In this document: piece by piece, positions 1-10,019 of the stretch
Numbering within the stretch: the stretch's first letter is position 1
How the letters are laid out: each line of letters opens with the position of its first letter
Source of the DNA: Octopus bimaculoides
Lineage: Eukaryota
Assembly: GCF_001194135.2 (NCBI RefSeq)
Contig: NC_069003.1
Span: 34,066,132-34,103,807 of the forward strand
DNA: 37,676 bases
Reading direction: 5' to 3'
The notes under the pieces: generated by a model
Databases searched by the model: none
Seen by the model: the letters and a program-made list of their open reading frames with translations, nothing else
Told to the model about the DNA's origin: nothing
Program-made: the position numbers and the translations under genes

Positions 1-72
1 ATATATACACACACATACATATATACATACACATATAAATTCACACATATGTATATATGATGTATATATATT

Positions 73-275
73 TTTTTACTCTTTTACTCTTTTCAGTCAT
101 TTGACTGTGGCCATGCTGGAGCACCACCTTTAGTCGAACAAATCTACTCCAGGATTTATTCTTTGTAAGCCAAGTACTTATTCTATCAGTCACTTTTGCC
201 GAACCGCTAAGTTACGGGGATGTAAACACATCAACATCAGTTGTCAAGCGATTGTGGGGGAACAAACACACGAAC
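73..275 (-). mobile_element. SINE family A, 3' half
   Basis: Reverse complement of ...gtaacttagcggttcggc...gctccagcatggccacagtcaaatgactgaaa(agagtaa)n; closely similar to the copies at 5630-5840 and 12310-12467. Confidence 0.85.
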
Positions 276-830
276 ATATACACATGCACACACACATAGA
301 GGGGTTGGACACTTAACACAAATATCCCCCAATCATTTCATGGATGTATTTTCGTACCAAATTCCGGTAACTTTCTGACCATGTATGTTTGCGTTAAGGA
401 CTTCTGGTTCCATTTACAACCCATATATATATCTAGACATAACTAACCGAAATATGTCACACATAGTCCCTGCTTGTCTGTTTATCCAACTAGGTTAACA
501 GACATAATTGAATCTGGAAGTTAATTAGCCATAATTCGCTAATCTAATACATCTTTCTTTTGTTTTCAAAAGGCAAGAGGTCAGATTAACGAATTGACTC
601 GGATATATTGGTTACAGTGATGTCACCCGTGACCTTTAGAACCATTTATTCGTAGGAAAGGGTCGATCCAGCACAATGAATCTTACCGTTTACCAAATAA
701 TCTTTCTCTTTCTCACATCATGCTCTGCTCTCTTTAAACTTATAGTTCTGAGTTTACTAATCAGTCAGGATGGTCATGGCTGAAATGGCTTTGATTGTTA
801 CTTCTACTTGATCAGAACTGACTGACAGAC

Positions 831-1135
831 ATGGCTGTGTGGTAAGAAGCTTGCTTCTCAACCACATGGTTCCAGGGTCAGTCCCACTGCATGGCACCTT
901 GGGCAAGTGTTTTCTACTATAGCCCTGGGCAGAACAAATTCTTATAAGTGAATTTGGTAGATGGAAACAGAAAGAATTCCATCACGTGTGTGTGTGTGTG
1001 TGTGTGTGTTTGTTCTTGTTTCTCACCACTGCTTAACAATCGGTGTTGGTTTGTTTACGTCCCCATCGCTTAGCAGCTCAGCAAAAAAGGATCAATAAAG
1101 TAAGTACCGGTCTTAAACAAAGAAATAGGACTGGT
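831..1135 (+). mobile_element. tRNA-derived SINE family A (head, (TG)n, body)
   Basis: ggctgtgtggtaagaagcttgc...cagtcccactgcatggcaccttgggcaag head with A/B-box-like segments; the same head occurs at 12190, 18305, 24730(-), 26483 and 37598. Confidence 0.85.
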
Positions 1136-1140
1136 TTCAA

Positions 1141-1345
1141 TTCATTTGAAGGAAGAAGAAGAAGAAGAAAAAGAAGAAGAAGAAGAGAGGAGGAGGAGGA
1201 GAAGAAGAAGAAGAAGAAGAAGAGGGATGGAGGAGGAGAAGGAAGAGGAGGAGGAGGAGGAGGAAGAAGCAGAAGTGGAAGAAGAAGAAGAAGAAGAAGA
1301 AGAAGAGGAGGAGGTGGTGGTGGAGGAAGAAGAGAAGGAAAGGGC
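1141..1345. repeat. (GAA/GAG)n polypurine microsatellite
   Basis: Directly visible. Confidence 0.95.
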
Positions 1346-1370
1346 TGAATGAAAAAGAAGCCAAAGGTTC

Positions 1371-1528
1371 TTACCCTTGATCTCTTGTGCTTATTTTAAA
1401 ACCTTGATTGCTTGGCACAAAGGAGTTGTTGGTGTTCTGGTTTCTAGCAGTGGTGGTGGTCGTGCTTGGAAGGAATGTCTTGCTGTGTCCCTTTGTACTT
1501 TGGCTGAAATGTTTCCTCATTGGTAAAC
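1371..1528 (-). CDS. PPP1R42: PPP1R42 C-terminal exon (ends at stop 1371-1373 or at a donor after 1375)
   Basis: cttttctctag|GT completes Gly; LPMRKHFSQSTKGHSKTFLPSTTTTTARNQNTNNSFVPSNQGFKISTRDQG*; phase-compatible with the previous exon. Confidence 0.62.
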
Positions 1529-4397
1529 CTAGAGAAAAGACAAGTACAATTTGTTGTTGTTGTTGCTGCTGCTGCTGCTGCAACTGTTGTTGTTGTTGTT
1601 GTTGTTTAACCACAGGTCAGCTTTGAAACAAGCAGGCCTATGATCCTACACATTTTCTTTGTTTTTGTTTTTTATGTTCTCATTTCTCATTTTGTTCACG
1701 TTTTTTTTGACGTCCTGTACCCATATATGCATGTATATATACATATATATGTAGGTATGTACATATATGTATGTATACGTGCATATATTTATATATTATT
1801 TATATTATTATATGACTGAACGTCACGCATCCATTTCCAAGTAAGTTTTATCTTTATAATTCCGATGCGTATTCTCCATCCTATCTCTATTCTATCTATC
1901 TTCCTCTCTTGTTCTTCTTCCTTTCTGTTTTTCTCTCCCACCCTTTCCCTATTCTTCTCCTCTCCCCGTCACCATTCCTTCTTTCTCTCTCTCACTCTTC
2001 CTCCTTGACTCTCTCGTTGCTCACACGTGACTAACGGCTATCTTTCTTTCTTTCTTCACATCCTTCCTAAATACAAGACGTGCTTTTGCCTGTCTCTTGT
2101 CATAGCTCGTTTCTCCAGCGTTCACCATTTCACTTCGTCATGGCTTAACAGCCCTCACCGTTTGTTTTTACTGTCTTGTTCTCACTGGCTTGTTCTTGTT
2201 ACCACTTTAACTCTCCGCAAAAAATCCCAAATTTTATTTAATTTGTTTTGTGGGAAGGACTTCCTACCTTCGAAATGCGTAGATAAAACAGGGGACAACT
2301 GATGAAGGGAATNNNNNNNNNNNNNNNNNNNNNNNNNNNNNNNNNNNNNNNNNNNNNNNNNNNNNNNNNNNNNNNNNNNNNNNNNNNNNNNNNNNNNNNN
2401 NNNNNNNNNNNNNNNNNNNNNNNNNNNNNNNNNNNNNNNNNNNNNNNNNNNNNNNNNNNNNNNNNNNNNNNNNNNNNNNNNNNNNNNNNNNNNNNNNNNN
2501 NNNNNNNNNNNNNNNNNNNNNNNNNNNNNNNNNNNNNNNNNNNNNNNNNNNNNNNNNNNNNNNNNNNNNNNNNNNNNNNNNNNNNNNNNNNNNNNNNNNN
2601 NNNNNNNNNNNNNNNNNNNNNNNNNNNNNNNNNNNNNNNNNNNNNNNNNNNNNNNNNNNNNNNNNNNNNNNNNNNNNNNNNNNNNNNNNNNNNNNNNNNN
2701 NNNNNNNNNNNNNNNNNNNNNNNNNNNNNNNNNNNNNNNNNNNNNNNNNNNNNNNNNNNNNNNNNNNNNNNNNNNNNNNNNNNNNNNNNNNNNNNNNNNN
2801 NNNNNNNNNNNNNNNNNNNNNNNNNNNNNNNNNNNNNNNNNNNNNNNNNNNNNNNNNNNNNNNNNNNNNNNNNNNNNNNNNNNNNNNNNNNNNNNNNNNN
2901 NNNNNNNNNNNNNNNNNNNNNNNNNNNNNNNNNNNNNNNNNNNNNNNNNNNNNNNNNNNNNNNNCCAAAGTAATTGTCACTAGAGTTACGATGGTCAATT
3001 TAGAGTAAAGGTTAAAGACCCCCTTTAGGTTAAAGATCCCCTTTTGGTCATTAAATGAAGTGGAAGAATACAAAAATGAACATTATTTTCCATTTCCCTG
3101 TTAGTTTTGATTCATTTCGGAAAATTAAAATCTATTGTACAGTTTATTGTTAGCTCTGCCTTCGCTAAGGCAGAGATATTGTTTTCAGTCATGTTTGTTT
3201 GTCTGTGGACAAGCTATCTCAAAAACCGCTGGATGGATTCAGATGAAAGTTTCAGGGATGTTTGGCCACATGACCGGCACAAACTTATTAGATTTTGGGA
3301 TCAATCCAGCACCAGATAAGGATTCTAGATTATTTTTCGTGATTATTTTTTACTTAATTTTTGAGAGCAGTCGGGTTCATCCCTAGTGTTCTTGTTTGTG
3401 AGAGCAGTTGTGCTTATTTCAGATATTTTCATTTTAAAAATCATCTCCGGCTAAACGTTGAGAGGATTTTGGTGTTGCCTGGGCAGAGGTTTGCACTCTC
3501 TGAGTGCTCTTGTTGTTTATCTTTTGAATTATGTATGTATGGTGGTTCCAATCTTTGAAGTGCTTAGGGTCTCTATGTGTCTTACTCAATCCCTGCATAC
3601 ATACAAACATTACTCATCCAATGGATTACGCTTAACCCTTTTTCATTCCCATCCATTACACGTCTTCAGCTTTTAATACACAAGTTTTGTTAGTAAGAGA
3701 AAATATTTCACGATATGCAACTTAAAACTATTTATTAGCAAATGTTCCTGGGCTTTTTACAGAGTTGAAGAAGATAAACACTTCAAATCTTATTTTAAAA
3801 AGTCACTACTAATCCATAAAAATCAAAAACAACCAAAAAAAAAAATAGTGAAGCAAGAAAAAATTTAAAAAAATTTTTTAAACAGCAAAAACAACAAAAA
3901 TAAAGAAATAAATGCAGGAGCAACAAAAAAATAAAAGTAAAGTAAAAAAAAAAAAGAAAGGCGGTAAAAATAAAAATTGTAGATGGGTTTGAACTCAAAA
4001 CATCCTTTTTACCAATGATGTGTTTTGAATTTATTATTTCGTCATTGGGAACTCAGATGTTTCAATCCTTTTGTGACATGTTCATATGAATAGAATTGAT
4101 TAATTCCTTTCCAGGATTCCTTTAGATATTGTGTTTGTGTCTTGTCATTCTTTAACCCCAGGTTATTGAGGAAGAAGAAGATTAAGGCAGCAAGTTGGCG
4201 GAATCATTAGCACACCAGATAAAATGCTTAGCAGTATTTCATCCATCTTTATGTTCTGGGTTCAAATTCCACCAAGCTTGACTTTGCCTTTCATCCTTTT
4301 GGGGCCGATTAAATAAGTACCAGTTATGCACTGGGCTTGATGTAATTGACTTAATCCCTTCCCCCAAATTTGAGGTATTGTGCTTCCAGTAGAAAGG

Positions 4398-4435
<38 letters not shown>

Positions 4436-4675
4436 GTAAACGTTAGTGCATATGTCCACAACAGAATATGTGTAGAGGTTAGATAGAGTGGTCAACTATG
4501 GTGATCAATGTTAATAATAATAATAATTATGTTAATATGTCCATTAATAATTAACAGTGTCAAAGTTACCAGGCATCATGTAGCCAGAGACTTTGGAATC
4601 TCGTGGGAAAGTGGTGAAATTGGTGTCATCTAGTGGGTCACCTGTAAAGGAGAAGAAGAATGTGAATATAGACAT

Positions 4676-4712
<37 letters not shown>

Positions 4713-5848
4713 TAATAATAATAATGGATGCCCTGATGCAGAACAAGGCAGTGGCTCTCATGGCTTCTGATCTTAATTGATTGGAAGTGTTATCATGTAC
4801 ATTGTTTTGTCTTGGTATAAAAGATGGGCTTCAGCAAATATTCTGCTCAATAGCACAGACTTGCTTGTCAATTGTTTGACCTTAACCAGTTGAGCATGTC
4901 CCTTGGTGGCTGACGATATGTGCATCTCTGATCACAAGCAGAAGTATTGGGGGAGCATCATAGCCATGTGTTCAGAGGAATTCTTTCGTGTTCGGATAAT
5001 TCACCTTTGGAAACATGGGTGTTTTGTTCAACATCCTTAAACAGCCTTTATTCAGAGACCTTTTGAGCAGAATGGGCTACTTGACTTGAAGAAAATTCTG
5101 ACTGGGCCCCACCTGCGAGATCATGTGCTGTTTATTTTGATATGAGATCACGATGTCGTGCATTATGGTTATGATGCATGTGCCTAGTGTACCCTTATCA
5201 GACGGGTAGTCATGAAACTATTTGAAACTATTTGAAACCAATAATAAGATACAGAGGAAACTATGTTCAGTGATGTACAAAATGTTGGGATGGTCACAAT
5301 TGGAATACATTTTGATCATAAGTGTGTTAACAAAAACTGAATGAAAATACCTTTGTATGGGTTTAGAACCTGTGTAGTCTCGCTTCTTGGTTTTAAGGCA
5401 GTCCTGCTAGCTGACCAGTTATGTATGAAGGTCTTGGAGGTGGCACTAATGGCTTTGCCATCAAGGTTTTCTGGTGGAAGAGAACAGAGAATGGAACTTT
5501 GGTGTTTTGCATACTGTTACATGTAATGCATATTTATTCACATTTTGTTGTATCTGGGGAGAGTCATTCTCGTTTAGTGCCTTATTATGTAACACACTCA
5601 CTGGTAAAGTTTCCACTCATTTACTCTCTTACTCTTTTACTCTTTACTCTTTTACTTGTTTCAGTCTTTTGACTGTGGCCATGCTGGAGCACCGCCTTTA
5701 GTCGAGCTAACCGACCCCAGGACTTATTCTTTGTAAGCCTAGTACTTATTCTATCAGTCTCTTTTTGCTGAACTACTAAGTTACGGGGACGTAAACACAC
5801 CAGCATCGGTTGTCAAGTGATGGTGGGGGGACAAACACAGACACACAA

Positions 5849-5889
<41 letters not shown>

Positions 5890-7583
5890 TATATGTACAT
5901 ATATATATACGACNNNNNNNNNNNNNNNNNNNNNNNNNNNNNNNNNNNNNNNNNNNNNNNNNNNNNNNNNNNNNNNNNNNNNNNNNNNNNNNNNNNNNNN
6001 NNNNNNNNNNNNNNNNNNNNNNNNNNNNNNNNNNNNNNNNNNNNNNNNNNNNNNNNNNNNNNNNNNNNNNNNNNNNNNNNNNNNNNNNNNNNNNNNNNNN
6101 NNNNNNNNNNNNNNNNNNNNNNNNNNNNNNNNNNNNNNNNNNNNNNNNNNNNNNNNNNNNNNNNNNNNNNNNNNNNNNNNNNNNNNNNNNNNNNNNNNNN
6201 NNNNNNNNNNNNNNNNNNNNNNNNNNNNNNNNNNNNNNNNNNNNNNNNNNNNNNNNNNNNNNNNNNNNNNNNNNNNNNNNNNNNNNNNNNNNNNNNNNNN
6301 NNNNNNNNNNNNNNNNNNNNNNNNNNNNNNNNNNNNNNNNNNNNNNNNNNNNNNNNNNNNNNNNNNNNNNNNNNNNNNNNNNNNNNNNNNNNNNNNNNNN
6401 NNNNNNNNNNNNNNNNNNNNNNNNNNNNNNNNNNNNNNNNNNNNNNNNNNNNNNNNNNNNNNNNNNNNNNNNNNNNNNNNNNNNNNNNNNNNNNNNNNNN
6501 NNNNNNNNNNNNNNNNNNNNNNNNNNNNNNNNNNNNNNNNNNNNNNNNNNNNNNNNNNNNNNNNNNNNNNNNNNNNNNNNNNNNNNNNNNNNNNNNNNNN
6601 NNNNNNNNNNNNNNNNNNNNNNNNNNNNNNNNNNNNNNNNNNNNNNNNNNNNNNNNNNNNNNNNNNNNNNNNNAGGAGGAGGAGGAGGAGGGGGGACAAC
6701 ATTTCCATCACCCCATCTCATATAAAAAAGAAGGGAAGGGACTCACTCACAGCAATAGCTCTGATGGATCTTGGATCAAGTAGGAGCTTCTCTCCAGGGG
6801 GCAGCTGCTGTCTGTCCATGTAAAGTTCATTGAGTTGAGGAAGGTTTTTGAGGCCCTCAATCACTGCAATACAGTTATTACTGAGATACCTGGACAACAG
6901 GGGAGGAAAAGGAAAAAGAAAAAAAAAACATTAAAAACAAACAAAGAAATAAAAACAAGGAATATGTTCTGTTAATGAAGGGATGGTCATGGTGGGAATG
7001 GGTGGATAGAAACACAAGGATGCTGGGGGAAAATTAGAGGAGATGGGTAGGGGTTGGGTGAGGCTGGGAGATGTCATATTATTATTATTATTATTTCGAA
7101 GGCAGCGAGCTGGCAGAAATGTTAGAAAGTAGTGCTGATAATCATGGTAGTAGTGGTGGAGGCTGCGGCAGTAGCGGTAGTAGTAGTAGTGGTAGTAGTA
7201 GTAGTGGTAGTAGTAGTAGTAAGTGTGATGGTGGGTAGGTAGGTTAGGGCCAGATGCAGGTGGGTGGGTAATGGAATTAGTGGCAGTGGTAGTGTTGGTA
7301 ACGGTGGTGGTGGTGGTGGTGGTGTGGTTGCAGTGGTGGTAGCAATAACAGTTTCAATTTAATGTGTCTCAGCAGGAATTGAAAAGGTTAACGGTCTAAC
7401 TGGAACCATCACCATCACCATCACCATCATCATCATCATCATCATGAGCATCACCATCTTTCTCATCATCATCATCATCATCTTTGTAATCATCATCATC
7501 TTCATCATCACCATCATTGTCATCATCATCATTATCATTATCAACATCATCATAATCATCATGATCGTCACCGTCACCGTCAT

Positions 7584-7614
<31 letters not shown>

Positions 7615-8986
7615 ATCCTTATAATCGACATTAACATCATCATAATCCTCAGCAGTCATCATCATCATCATCATCATCGTCATCGTCATCATCAACATGG
7701 CAAACATACTTGTTTTTAACATCCACCCCATTATCAACAACATTCTGGTTATTGTTTTATTCTACCCGGGCACAAAGTCAAGGCCATCTAATGTTTAGAG
7801 ACAGCTAAAGTCAATTCAATTGGTCCTTATTTTATTGNNNNNNNNNNNNNNNNNNNNNNNNNNNNNNNNNNNNNNNNNNNNNNNNNNNNNNNNNNNNNNN
7901 NNNNNNNNNNNNNNNNNNNNNNNNNNNNNNNNNNNNNNNNNNNNNNNNNNNNNNNNNNNNNNNNNNNNNNNNNNNNNNNNNNNNNNNNNNNNNNNNNNNN
8001 NNNNNNNAACTGAGGACTTAAAGATGGACGAAATGCCACTAAGCATTTCGTCCATTGCACTAATGACTTCTCGTTATAATTAACAAAAATAATCGACTCA
8101 ATACAGTTTTTAATTTTAAAAATAAGAAAACAAAATAAAACAAAAACAACATGCCAAAGAAAAGGGTTCATCCTTTCACCCCCACTACCAGCACCACCAC
8201 CCCGCACCAAAACTGCTGCTGCTGCAGTTAAGGGCAACCTATCCCCAGGATGGTTAACTTACAGTTTTGTCAGTTGTGTTAGATTGGAGAGGTCTGGAAT
8301 ATGCCGGATCTGATTGTCTTGGAGGTAGAGGTGTGATAGGTTCCTGTTTTTGGATAAGTCTGGGATTGCTGTTAAGTGGTTGTCATACAGATACAATACT
8401 GACAAATGAGGACACATGGAAAAGTCACAGTCCTGAGAAAGAGAGAGAGAGAAAGAGAAACATAAATGAAAATATATAAAAACAAGAGCAGTCGGATAGC
8501 GCAAACCTCCGCCAAGGCAACACCAACGTCCTTTCAATGATTAGCCAGAGATGATTTTTTAAATGAGAATATCTGAAATAAACTCAACGCCTCTCACAAA
8601 CAAGAATACTAAAAATGAACCCGACTGCTCTCAGAAATTAGGTAAAAACAAAAAAAACAGGAAAAATAATCTAGAATCCTTTTCTGGTACAAGATCAATC
8701 CCTAAATCTAATCAGTTTGTGCCATTCATGAAGCCAAACATCCCTGAAAGTTTTATCTGAATCCATCTTGAGATATCTTGTCCATGGACAAACAAACAAA
8801 CAAATACGACTGATTTCAAACGATGCCAAAGTCAAAGAAAGGACTACTCACAATTTCGGTCAAATTCTTGCCTTCGAGGTGGAGGTGTGACAATCGTTTC
8901 AGGTAATGGTACACAGACTCATCTCGCTTCTTCTGGGAATATTTTGAAGTGCCGCTTGCAATGAGGTTTACTTTGGGTTTTACCAT
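1371..8986 (-). CDS. PPP1R42: Protein phosphatase 1 regulatory subunit 42 (LRRC67/TLRR), spliced gene: join of 8852-8986, 8263-8432, 6751-6889, [missing exon(s) in gap 5914-6673], 5351-5470, 4570-4641, 1375/1371-1528
   Basis: Hand-spliced translation MVKPKVNLIASG...KRLSHLHLEGKNLTEI/DCDFSMCPHLSVLYLYDN...LSHLYLQDN...LTKL/YLSNNCIAVIEGL...QQLPPGEKLLLDPRSIRAIA/.../NLDGKAIS...FIHNWSASR matches my recollection of vertebrate PPP1R42 (LSVLYLYDN, LTHLYLQNN, IAVIEGL, QRLPLGEKLLFDPR, LDGKEI...FLMNWKASK). All visible junctions are GT-AG, with compatible phases wherever both sides are visible. Confidence 0.9.
1551..1606. repeat. (TTG)n(CTG)n(TTG)n compound trinucleotide repeat
   Basis: Directly visible. 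Confidence 0.95.
3149..3513 (+). mobile_element. Non-autonomous Helentron/HINE (DINE-1-like) element
   Basis: 5' hairpin CTCTGCCTT-cgct-AAGGCAGAG (3154-3175), (GTTT/GTCT)n, matching subterminal inverted motif GGCAGAG at 3482-3488, 3' hairpin GCACTC-tct-GAGTGC (3493-3507), and T-rich flanks. A second copy lies at 8481-8830. Confidence 0.72.
4186..4400 (+). mobile_element. tRNA-derived SINE family B (full length, (ATT)n tail)
   Basis: Head ggcagcaagttggcggaatcattag...gggttcaaattcc. The central gactttgcctttcatccttttggggccgattaaataagtacc resembles the Nin/Deu-type conserved SINE domain (from memory). Related copies are at 7760-8060(-, across a gap), 13778-13900(+), 22805-22912(-), 25488-25693(-), 27790-27933(-) and 32255-32430. 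Confidence 0.8.
4570..4641 (-). CDS. PPP1R42: PPP1R42 coding exon (72 nt, phase 1-1)
   Basis: Strong acceptor cttcttctcctttacag; GDPLDDTNFTTFPRDSKVSGYMMP+G; donor GTAACT; in phase with both neighbours. Homology in this region is weak. Confidence 0.72.
4727..5215. repeat. Probable dispersed interspersed repeat
   Basis: A complex ~490-bp block abutting an (AAT)n tract, with no PPP1R42 coding similarity. It resembles a high-copy octopod repeat from memory, but there is no second copy here to confirm. Confidence 0.4.
5351..5470 (-). CDS. PPP1R42: PPP1R42 coding exon (LRR-cap end; 120 nt)
   Basis: ctcttccaccag|AA; NLDGKAISATSKTFIHNWSASRTALKPRSETTQVLNPYK+G; donor AAG|GTATTT. Confidence 0.88.
5630..5840 (-). 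mobile_element. SINE family A, 3' half
   Basis: Near-identical to 73-275. Confidence 0.85.
6751..6889 (-). CDS. PPP1R42: PPP1R42 coding exon 3 (139 nt)
   Basis: gtccag|G completes the Leu codon; YLSNNCIAVIEGLKNLPQLNELYMDRQQLPPGEKLLLDPRSIRAIA; donor GTGAGT. Confidence 0.93.
7140..7695. repeat. (GTA/GGT)n tract (7140-7345) and (CAT)n tract (7405-7695) in PPP1R42 intron 2
   Basis: Directly visible; these are the source of the poly-M/D/I/H pseudo-ORFs. Confidence 0.95.
8263..8432 (-). CDS. PPP1R42: PPP1R42 coding exon 2 (LRRs; 170 nt)
   Basis: Polypyrimidine tract and ctcag|GAC; DCDFSMCPHLSVLYLYDNHLTAIPDLSKNRNLSHLYLQDNQIRHIPDLSNLTQLTK+CT; donor GTAAGT. Confidence 0.93.
8481..8830 (-). mobile_element. 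Second, diverged HINE-like copy in PPP1R42 intron 1
   Basis: Reverse complement aligns along its length with 3170-3513 (e.g. gatgattttt(t)aaaatga, gaacccgactgctctc, aaataatctagaatcctt). Confidence 0.75.
8852..8986 (-). CDS. PPP1R42: PPP1R42 coding exon 1 (45 codons, phase 0 end)
   Basis: ATG at 8986; MVKPKVNLIASGTSKYSQKKRDESVYHYLKRLSHLHLEGKNLTEI; donor ATT|GTGAGT. Confidence 0.88.
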
Positions 8987-9455
8987 TTTGAGATCAAGTA
9001 CAGCATTCATGAGTATGTGTGTGTGTGTGTTTGTGTGTGTGTCTGTATTATGTGGGTGGTACTTGGAGGATCATATATATAGATGTAAGAGCAAGTGTGT
9101 CTATGTATATGAGTGTGTTTATATATGTGTGAATGAGAGAGAGAGAGAGGGAGAGTAAAACTTTAGGAACGTGTGTAAGTGTAAGCGACTGTGTACCAGT
9201 GTCTTTGAGAGCATATAGGGGTTTATGGAGCAAATAGTATGTGTTCATGTGAATGCATATGTGCGTGTTTACATATGTGAGAATATGTCTTTCTCAAACC
9301 GCTTGCAAGTATCTGTAAGACACAAAACTGGAAACATGTAAAGAAGTAACTAAATACTCAAAAACAGGGGGAAAAAACAATTCAATATTTTATAATACAA
9401 AATAAATTTTTGAAGCGGGGAGGGGGGCTTCCCTTTAACTATTTTGCATTTAGAT

Positions 9456-9730
9456 TACTCATGGAGGCAAAGTGACTGAGCTCCTTTGAATGTTAGGCCT
9501 CACAGAGGCAAGGTGGCTGAGTTCCTGCAAGTGTTGGGCCTCACGGAGGCAAAGTGGTTGAGTTCCTTTTGAGCACTGGGCCTCACAGAGGCAAAGTGGC
9601 TGAGTTCCTGCAAGTGTTGGGCCTCACAGAAGCAAAGTGGTTGAGTTCCTTTCAAGCATTGGGCCTCACGGAGCCAAAGTGGCTGAGTTCCTTTGAGTGT
9701 CGGGCCCCGTGGAAGCAATGACTGAGACCT
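9456..9730. repeat. Minisatellite, ~6.5 units of 41/42 bp (gcctcacagaggcaaagtggctgagttcct...)
   Basis: Unit starts at 9456, 9497, 9538, 9580, 9621, 9663 and 9704. Confidence 0.92.
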
Positions 9731-10019
9731 TTGGCATTACAGTGTGCTTGAGAAGAAGACCCATCAAGCCGAGCAAAATCACAGTCGTGGCAGATACCGT
9801 TTTGAGCAAAGAAAGCCCCTTTAGTAACGTGATCATGGATGGACTGTATATAAAAGAAAGACGTGATCGTCGTGGCTGGAACGGGGAAGGGCCTGGGTCT
9901 TGACCACTACTGAGAAAGTTAATTATATTTTTTACAAGGAATCTGTTTAATGGTGTTTGAGAATACTAGTTAAGAGGGGGATTTTTTTATAAGGAAGAAA
10001 AATATAAAAGAAAATTCTT

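Noticed and set aside
297-390. Possible Tc1/mariner-like terminal sequences
   Set aside because: I could not pair convincing TIRs or find a second copy in the window.
831-905. tRNA-like A/B-box sequences (also 4186, 11085, 23930-23998, 24984)
   Set aside because: They are SINE heads continuing into repeat bodies; no complete cloverleaf is present.
1043-1364. Poly-E/R/G/F ORFs and similar poly-M/D/I/H (7359-7743) and YI/CV/HT-repeat ORFs throughout
   Set aside because: These are translations of microsatellites, with no splice or homology support.
1529-1613. PolyQ stretch in frame with the last PPP1R42 exon
   Set aside because: It lies upstream of a good acceptor at 1529. The nearest upstream AG would give the wrong phase, so the CAA/CAG repeat is read as intronic.
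7368-7405. Plus-strand GIEKVNGLTG resembling an LRR fragment
   Set aside because: It is on the wrong strand for PPP1R42, very short and wedged between microsatellites; probably chance.
8987-9010. Upstream in-frame ATG extending PPP1R42 by MNAVLDLK
   Set aside because: The homologue begins MVR/MVK, and the extension abuts a (CA)n tract. It cannot be excluded, but the downstream ATG fits better.
9456-9730. Regularly spaced repeats superficially like a CRISPR array
   Set aside because: The units are contiguous with no unique spacers, the context is eukaryotic and there are no cas genes.
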